Positions 58,110-64,000 of a stretch of 64,000 nt of DNA are shown here, in pieces. Source of the DNA: an uncultured Bacilli bacterium (lineage in GTDB: Bacteria > Bacillota_I > Bacilli_A > RF39 > UBA660); NCBI GenBank assembly GCA_934119965.1, contig CAKOTA010000006.1, positions 3,933 through 67,932 of the forward strand. The letters are read 5' to 3'. The translations under genes and the position numbers were made by a program. How positions within the stretch are numbered: the first letter of the stretch is position 1; every line of letters starts with the position of its first letter. The notes under the pieces are model-generated. The model saw only the letters and a program-made list of their open reading frames with translations. It ran no database searches and was not told where the DNA came from.

Positions 58110-59795
58110 ATGTTGAATTTAAAAAAATATATCAAAGAAGAAATAGAAAAGGTAGGTATTCAATTAGATAGCGTTGATGTTGTAAGACCACCTAAAGAGG
58201 AAATGGGTGATTTTACTATACCATGTTTTACTATAAATATGGATGGTATAAATAATCCACATGAAAAAGCAAAAGCTATTTTAGAAAAATTAAATATGAA
58301 TGAAGATATTATTTTAGATACAAAAGTTATAGGACCATACTTAAATTTTACTATTAATAGAGATTTTTTGGCAAAAGAAACATTAGAGACTATTAGTTCA
58401 GAAGGAAATAATTATGGTTCAAGCAGAATTGGAAATGGAAAGGAACTTTTAATTGAGCATACATCAATAAATCCAAATGCTTCACCTCATATTGGTAGAT
58501 CAAGAAACAGTATTATAGGAGATTTTTTAGTTCGACTATATAAATTTGAAGGTTATAATGTTGAAGCAAATTATTTTATAAATGATATTGGAAAACAAAT
58601 TTCAATGTTATTGGTGGGGGTAGAAAAATTAGGTAATATTGACACTATAGCATTTAGTGATATGCTAAAGTTATATATAGAAATAAATGATATAAGTAAA
58701 ACAGATAAAGAAGTAGAAAAAAAGATCTTCTATTATTTACACGAATTAGAAAATGGAAATGAAGAAGTTAGAGATAAATTTAAGAAAATTACAGATATAT
58801 GTGTTGAAGGACAACAAGAAATATTTAAGAAAATGGATATTAGATGGGATAGATTTACTCATGAATCTGATTTTGTTTTTGAAAATAAAACCACAAAAAT
58901 ATTAGAACGATTAAAAGAAAGAAAAAAATTACATGAAGATGAGAATGGCAGATTATATGTTGACTTGAGTGAATATGATATACCAACAAAATCACCAGTA
59001 TTAGTTCTTACTAGAGAAGACAAAACTTCATTATATCCATTGAGAGATATTGCTTATACTATTTCAAAACTAGAAAGAAATAAAGAAAATAATGTTATTG
59101 TCTTGGGAGAAGATCAAGAAGTCTATATGCAACAAATTGCTGCAACACTAGATATTCTAGGATATACTGCTCCAAAACTTGTCTCATATGATTTTGTTCT
59201 ATTAAATGGTGATAAAATGGCTACTAGAGAAGGAAAAGTTGTCCTACTTGATGAATTTATTGAAAAAGCAAAAGAAAAATTAGCTATGACATTTAAAGAA
59301 AAAGGAACAAATTTATCAAATGATGAAATTGTAGATTTAGCTGCGTCTTGTATTAAATATAACATGTTAAATGTTAATAGAAAAAGAACAGTTAATTTTA
59401 ATTTAGAATCAGCAACAGATTTTCAAGGTAATTCGGCTATTTATCTATTATATAATTATGCAAGAATAAATTCTATTTTAGAAAAGGTAAATTATTGTGG
59501 ATCTGATGAAGATATTTATAAATTTAAAGAAGAATTAGAATATTCATTAATAAATAGTCTATATAAATTTCCAGAAGTTGTAGATAATTCATATAATACT
59601 CAAGAATCAGTAATTATTACCAATTATTTATATGATGTAGCTCAAAAATTTTCAAGATATTATAAAAATATACCTGTATTAAATGAAGAAGACAAATTAG
59701 TAAGACAATCAAGACTCGCATTATTAAATTCAACTAAAACAGTTTTATCAAACGGAATGAAAATTCTTGGAATAAATCCAGTTAAGAAATTATAA
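58110..59795 (+). CDS. argS: Arginine--tRNA ligase
   Basis: N-terminal Arg-tRNA-synthetase add-on domain, SINPNASPHIGRSRN (HIGH region), MATREG (KMSK-like) and a DALR-type C-terminus. The ATG at 58110 follows AGAGGGA. Confidence 0.85.
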   Translation: MLNLKKYIKEEIEKVGIQLDSVDVVRPPKEEMGDFTIPCFTINMDGINNPHEKAKAILEKLNMNEDIILDTKVIGPYLNFTINRDFLAKETLETISSEGNNYGSSRIGNGKELLIEHTSINPNASPHIGRSRNSIIGDFLVRLYKFEGYNVEANYFINDIGKQISMLLVGVEKLGNIDTIAFSDMLKLYIEINDISKTDKEVEKKIFYYLHELENGNEEVRDKFKKITDICVEGQQEIFKKMDIRWDRFTHESDFVFENKTTKILERLKERKKLHEDENGRLYVDLSEYDIPTKSPVLVLTREDKTSLYPLRDIAYTISKLERNKENNVIVLGEDQEVYMQQIAATLDILGYTAPKLVSYDFVLLNGDKMATREGKVVLLDEFIEKAKEKLAMTFKEKGTNLSNDEIVDLAASCIKYNMLNVNRKRTVNFNLESATDFQGNSAIYLLYNYARINSILEKVNYCGSDEDIYKFKEELEYSLINSLYKFPEVVDNSYNTQESVIITNYLYDVAQKFSRYYKNIPVLNEEDKLVRQSRLALLNSTKTVLSNGMKILGINPVKKL

Positions 59796-59799
59796 TAAA

Positions 59800-60098
59800 A
59801 TGAAAATATGTGTTGTTGGCACGGGATATGTTGGCTTTTCTCTACCTGTTCGTCTTAGTGAAAAAAATGATATTGTCGTTTATGATATAGATAAAGAAAA
59901 ATTAATATGATAAATAATAATATAAGTCCATTGAAAATGATGGTATTTATTAATATTTAAATAATAAGAAGCTGAAACTAAAATCCACCCGTAATTATCA
60001 GGTGGATTTTGAAAATTCAAAGTACATTATAATATGTACTCCAATTGATTTTGGCTATAAAACTAATTTGTTTGATACTTCTTCTATTGAAAATATAG
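59800..60098 (+). pseudogene. ugd: Decayed N-terminal part of UDP-glucose 6-dehydrogenase
   Basis: MKICVVGTGYVGFSLPVRLSEKNDIVVYDIDKEKLI then a stop. Further Ugd-like pieces follow in other frames (...IIICTPIDFGYKTNLFDTSSIENI), cut off by repeat copy 2. Confidence 0.7.
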
Positions 60099-60494
60099 GA
60101 TGATTTAAAAAATAAATATCAATTCTTTAAATCATTAATTGAAATAAATCGTGTTTTTGGAGATAATCAAGAATTTGTAAGGCAAGTAAAAAATGAACTT
60201 TTTGCTGATAGAATATATGTATATACAACTAAGGGAGAAATAGTTGAGTTACCAATTGGTTCTACAGCAATTGATTTTGCTTATAAAATTCATTCCGATT
60301 TAGGTAATACAATGGTTTCAGCAATTGTAAATAACAAGACTGTTGAACCAGACTATGTATTGCATAATAAGGATAGGGTAAGAATTATAACAGATATTAT
60401 GTCATATGGACCAAGAGAAGAATGGATAAATAAAGTTCAAACTACTAAAGCAAAAAGAAAGATAAAGGAGTTTAATAGAAAAATCATTGAATAG
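60099..60494 (+). pseudogene. Orphan 3' fragment of rel (direct repeat copy 2: 60099-60482)
   Basis: Encodes DDLKNKYQFF...TGS domain...EFNRKIIE with no 5' part. It differs from copy 1 by a few substitutions and has a 3-residue longer tail. Confidence 0.85.
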
Positions 60495-60526
60495 TGTAAA
60501 ATCAATAAAAAGGAGGTTTTCTAATT

Positions 60527-62149
60527 ATGGAAAAAAGAGATATTTTTATAGGTGGTGCATGGCCTTATGCCAATTATTATTTACATGTTGGTCATTTAGC
60601 TGCCTTATTACCTGGAGATATACTTGCAAAATATTTTAGGGGTAAAGGTGATAATGTAATTTATGTGTCTGGTTCTGATTGCCACGGGACACCAATAACT
60701 GAAAGAGCAAAAAAAGAGAATGTTTCTCCAAAAGAAATTGCAACACATTATCACAATGAATTTGTAAAGACATTTAATAATCTTGGTTTTGAATATGATG
60801 AGTATTCAAGCACTATGTCTGAACATCATAAGGAATATGTAGAAGAACAATTTAAAAGGATGTTGGATAATGGTTATATTTATGAAAAGGAAGAACTTCA
60901 AGATTATTGTGAAGAATGCAATTCGTTTTTATCGGATAGAGAAATTGTAGGAGTATGCCCACACTGTGGTGGTAAAAGTACTGGAGACCAATGTGATATA
61001 TGTGGAGATTCTTTAGATAGCAGTGAGGTACTAGATAAACATTGCAAAACTTGTGGGTCTAGTACTATTATGAAAGAAAACAAACATCTTTATTTTAAAT
61101 TAACTGCTTTTGAAAAAACATTACAAGATTTAATTAATCGAAATAAAGAAAAATGGAGAAAAAATGCATTGGGCGAAGCACAAAAATATATTGATATGGG
61201 TTTAGTTGATAGGGCAGCTACTCGTCAATTAGACTGGGGAGTAACTGTACCTGTTGAAGGATATGATGATAAAAGAATTTATGTATGGATAGAGGCGGTA
61301 TTAGGATATTTATCTGTGGGTAAAGAAGTAGCAGAAAAAAGGGGAATAGATTTTGATAAATTTATGTCAAAAGATAATCAAAATTTGAAAACATACTATG
61401 TTCATGGAAAAGATAATATACCATTTCATACAACTATATATCCGGCATTAATTTCTGCTATTAAAAATAATTATAATTTACCAGATTATATTGTTTCATC
61501 AGCATATGTTAATTTGAATAATGAAAAAATGAGTAAATCAAAAGGAAATTTGATTACTGCAAATGAATTACTTGAAATGTTTGACAGAGATACATTGAGA
61601 TTTTATTTTTCATTTAAAGGACCAGAAACTAATGATATGAATTGTTCTTTATCTGATATTATTCAAACACATAATAAGTTTTTAGTTGGAATGTTAGGAA
61701 ATTTTGTAAATAGAAATCTTTCATTTATTAATAAAAAATTTGATGGTAGTATTCAGGAAGCACATATAGATGAGAAGATAAAGGAAGCAACTGAAAAAAG
61801 TTTTAAATTAATTGGTGATTTTTTTGAACGAGGCGAATTAAGAAATGCAGTAACACAAATTTTTGAATATGTAGCAATTGCCAATAAATATTATGATACT
61901 TGTCAACCATGGGTCCAAGTAAAGGAAGATATTAATGCTTTTAATGATACAACATATACTTGTACTTATATGATTGCAAATATGGCAAATATGATAGCTC
62001 CTATATTACCTCATGCTTCACAAAAAATTAAACAAATGTTGGATTTACCTGATTATAAATGGGAGGAAACCAAAATAATAGGTAATTATCAAATTAGAAA
62101 TTTACAAGTTTTATATGATAGAATAGACGAGACAAATTTTAAAATATAA
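60527..62149 (+). CDS. metG: Methionine--tRNA ligase
   Basis: YLHVGH (HIGH), KMSKSKGN and two zinc knuckles (CEECN...CPHCGG, CDICG...CKTCG). Confidence 0.9.
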   Translation: MEKRDIFIGGAWPYANYYLHVGHLAALLPGDILAKYFRGKGDNVIYVSGSDCHGTPITERAKKENVSPKEIATHYHNEFVKTFNNLGFEYDEYSSTMSEHHKEYVEEQFKRMLDNGYIYEKEELQDYCEECNSFLSDREIVGVCPHCGGKSTGDQCDICGDSLDSSEVLDKHCKTCGSSTIMKENKHLYFKLTAFEKTLQDLINRNKEKWRKNALGEAQKYIDMGLVDRAATRQLDWGVTVPVEGYDDKRIYVWIEAVLGYLSVGKEVAEKRGIDFDKFMSKDNQNLKTYYVHGKDNIPFHTTIYPALISAIKNNYNLPDYIVSSAYVNLNNEKMSKSKGNLITANELLEMFDRDTLRFYFSFKGPETNDMNCSLSDIIQTHNKFLVGMLGNFVNRNLSFINKKFDGSIQEAHIDEKIKEATEKSFKLIGDFFERGELRNAVTQIFEYVAIANKYYDTCQPWVQVKEDINAFNDTTYTCTYMIANMANMIAPILPHASQKIKQMLDLPDYKWEETKIIGNYQIRNLQVLYDRIDETNFKI

Positions 62150-62361
62150 TGAATTTTATCGTTTCACGAAATAAAAAAACAAAGAAAAATAATGTTTCAT
62201 CAAAAGCTGAAGGAAGAAGAATGATTGAACAAAATAGGGTAAGTATAAATGGATCAAAAGAAAGTGATGTTAATAAATTAATTACCACAACTCATTTTAA
62301 TAATGGCAAATTAATTATCCAAAAAGGTAAAAAACAATTTAAAAAAATAGTTATAAAATAA
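62149..62361 (+). CDS. Stand-alone S4-like RNA-binding domain resembling the C-terminus of TyrRS (probable gene remnant)
   Basis: SKAEGRRMIEQNRVSINGSKESDVNKLI...GKLIIQKGKKQFKKI parallels the TyrRS S4 tail. No catalytic domain. Confidence 0.45.
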   Translation: MNFIVSRNKKTKKNNVSSKAEGRRMIEQNRVSINGSKESDVNKLITTTHFNNGKLIIQKGKKQFKKIVIK

Positions 62362-62379
62362 TATGAAAAGAGGGATGTT

Positions 62380-63510
62380 ATGAGCAACATAATTTTAACT
62401 GGGGATAGACCAACAGGAAGATTACATTTAGGACATTTAGTTGGTTCATTATCTCAAAGAGTTCAATTGCAAAATTCAGGTTCATATGATGAAATGTATA
62501 TAGAAATTGCTGATGCACAAGCAACAACTGATAATTCTGGCAATATTCAAAAAGTAAAAGATAATGTTATAGAGGTTGCACTTGATTATTTATCTTGTGG
62601 ACTCGATCCAAATAAATGTACGATTTTTTTACAATCTGAAGTACCTGAATTAAGTGATTTAACTTTTTATTATATGAATTTAGTAACACTTTCTAGATTA
62701 CAAAGAAATCCAACAATTAAACAAGAAATAATTTATAGAAATTTTGAAAATAGTATTCCGGTTGGTTTTATGACTTATCCAATAAGTCAAGCAGCAGACA
62801 TTACAGCTTTTGATGCTAATATAATTCCTGTTGGAGATGATCAATTACCAATGATTGAACAAACAAGAGAAATAGTTAGAACATTTAATAGATTATATGG
62901 TGAAACTTTGGTTGAACCTAATGCTGTTTTACCTAAGAATACTGTATGTCATAGATTGCCAGGTACTGATGGTCAAGCAAAAATGAGCAAATCAATTGGT
63001 AATTGTATTTACTTGGCCGATAGTAAAGAAGATGTAAAAAGAAAAGTAATGGGGATGTTTACAGATCCAAATCATTTAAGAATAGAAGATCCAGGGGTTA
63101 CTGATGGAAATCCGGTATTTATATATTTAACTGCATTTTCTAAAGAAAAGCATTTTCAGGAATATTTTAAAAATTCTGAAACAGGTAAACTTGAATATAA
63201 TAATTTAGAAGAATTAAAGGCACACTATGAGCATGGCGGTTTAGGGGATATGAAAGTGAAAAAATTTCTAAATTATGTTCTTGAAGATACATTAGCTCCT
63301 ATTAGGGCTAGAAGACATGAATTAGAAAAGCATATTCCTGAGGTGTATCAAATTTTATTTAGTGGTAGTGAAAAAGCTAGAAAAAAAGCTGCTAAAACTT
63401 TAGAAAGAGTAAAAACAGCAATTGGTTTAAATTATAAAAATGATTTTGAATTAATAAATGGACAAGTAGAAAAATATTCAAAATTGCATTCTGAAGAAGA
63501 AAATCAATAA
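62380..63510 (+). CDS. trpS: Tryptophan--tRNA ligase
   Basis: TGDRPTGRLHLGHLVG (HIGH), KMSKS and GxDQ. Confidence 0.9.
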   Translation: MSNIILTGDRPTGRLHLGHLVGSLSQRVQLQNSGSYDEMYIEIADAQATTDNSGNIQKVKDNVIEVALDYLSCGLDPNKCTIFLQSEVPELSDLTFYYMNLVTLSRLQRNPTIKQEIIYRNFENSIPVGFMTYPISQAADITAFDANIIPVGDDQLPMIEQTREIVRTFNRLYGETLVEPNAVLPKNTVCHRLPGTDGQAKMSKSIGNCIYLADSKEDVKRKVMGMFTDPNHLRIEDPGVTDGNPVFIYLTAFSKEKHFQEYFKNSETGKLEYNNLEELKAHYEHGGLGDMKVKKFLNYVLEDTLAPIRARRHELEKHIPEVYQILFSGSEKARKKAAKTLERVKTAIGLNYKNDFELINGQVEKYSKLHSEEENQ

Positions 63511-63712
63511 TGTTTAAATAATTAAAAAAGTTGTATTTAATTCTTTAAAGAACAGTGCTACAAAAACATATTGACATAATTGGAAAAAAAGGTAGAATAA
63601 ACCTTAATTAAATTTAATTGGTGTTTTATTGTTAATATTTTTGAGGAGGCGGACCTTGTTTTGTGTCTTTTTTTATCAAAATAATGAAATACTAAAAAAT
63701 GAGGAGGGAAAA

Positions 63713-64000
63713 ATGAATATTAGTGTAGAAAAAGTTGCATCTAGTGAAAGGACAAATTTGGAAAAATTATTACAATTGTATTTACATGACTTAAGCTTAT
63801 ATTTTCCTATTACTTTTGATTCAAAAGTATGTGAATATGGATATGATTTGAATAAGTATTTTGATGATAATTATGCATACTTTATTAAGTCAGATAATGA
63901 TATTTTAGGTTTTGTATTAGTAGATGATAATTCAGAAAATAATTACGAAATAAGTGAGATGTTTGTTTTAAATAATTATAAAGGAAAAAATGTTGGTGAA
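63713..64000 (+). CDS. GNAT-family acetyltransferase (3' end beyond the window)
   Basis: The ATG follows GAGGAGGG. GNAT-like segment ...ISEMFVLNNYKGKNVGE; the ORF is open to the window end. Confidence 0.5.
   Translation, partial: MNISVEKVASSERTNLEKLLQLYLHDLSLYFPITFDSKVCEYGYDLNKYFDDNYAYFIKSDNDILGFVLVDDNSENNYEISEMFVLNNYKGKNVGE

Larger units (their letters stand above)
52311..60098. mobile_element. 7.8-kb insertion bracketed by 384-bp direct repeats of the rel 3' end (Campbell-type integration footprint)
   Basis: Homology between the two repeat copies stops exactly at 52310/60482 and begins exactly at 51927/60099. The right end carries a decayed gene. Confidence 0.55.

Noticed and set aside
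58034-62379. T-box leaders upstream of argS, metG and trpS (also checked upstream of gltX).
   Set aside because: The upstream spaces are about 20-75 nt, too short for a T-box. They contain only promoter and RBS elements, with no specifier-loop or T-box sequence.
1-64000. Possible genetic code 4 (TGA read as Trp), given the Mollicutes-like composition.
   Set aside because: Trp is encoded by TGG in conserved positions (e.g. WCGPC). Long conserved genes read through intact under code 11. TGA terminates several sensible ORFs (e.g. the WYL regulator at 39454-39456 and the 58-aa ORF at 46341-46343).

Overview
Very AT-rich (by eye roughly a quarter G+C) low-GC Gram-positive (Bacillota, Erysipelotrichia/Mollicutes-like) chromosome that still makes peptidoglycan. 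Standard code: TGA is used as a stop and TGG encodes Trp. Promoters are typically extended -10 (TGnTATAAT). The backbone is housekeeping: recO, gltX, murE-mraY-yvcK-murD, murT-gatD, trxA, recD2, pgsA, secE-nusG-rplKAJL-rpoBC, ftsAZ, rpsU, rel, argS, metG, trpS and three tRNAs. Five accessory or unusual regions interrupt it. (1) 1.87-2.92 kb holds three tandem ~350-bp units. Each carries a 25-aa hydrophobic peptide gene on the minus strand, convergent with a promoter-plus-terminator small RNA on the plus strand (type I toxin-antitoxin-like). None of this is in the ORF track. (2) 12.9-18.6 kb is an integrase-less array of four small gene cassettes directly after tRNA-Thr(CGU). The cassettes are separated by a conserved composite junction whose core repeats the last 7 nt of the tRNA plus flank. 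Cargo is DUF488, an unknown protein, an ITPase-UDG fusion, KilA-N and a truncated ABC ATPase. (3) 38.9-41.0 kb is an HTH-WYL regulator / double-SIS / Ham1-ITPase trio. (4) 44.1-46.7 kb is a C39-peptidase ABC exporter followed by two unannotated double-glycine-leader peptides (class IIb-like bacteriocin). (5) 52.3-60.1 kb is a 7.8-kb insertion bracketed by 384-bp direct repeats of the rel 3' end. It carries a tightly coupled HAD / HprK-like / radical SAM-SPASM / 444-aa unknown / S66 (MccF/LdcA-like) peptidase / glycosyltransferase operon with no visible precursor peptide, plus argS and a decayed ugd. It sits next to metG, a tyrS C-terminal remnant and trpS. Regions (2) and (5) are my best candidates for something undescribed. 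All functional calls come from motif recognition by eye and no searches were run.
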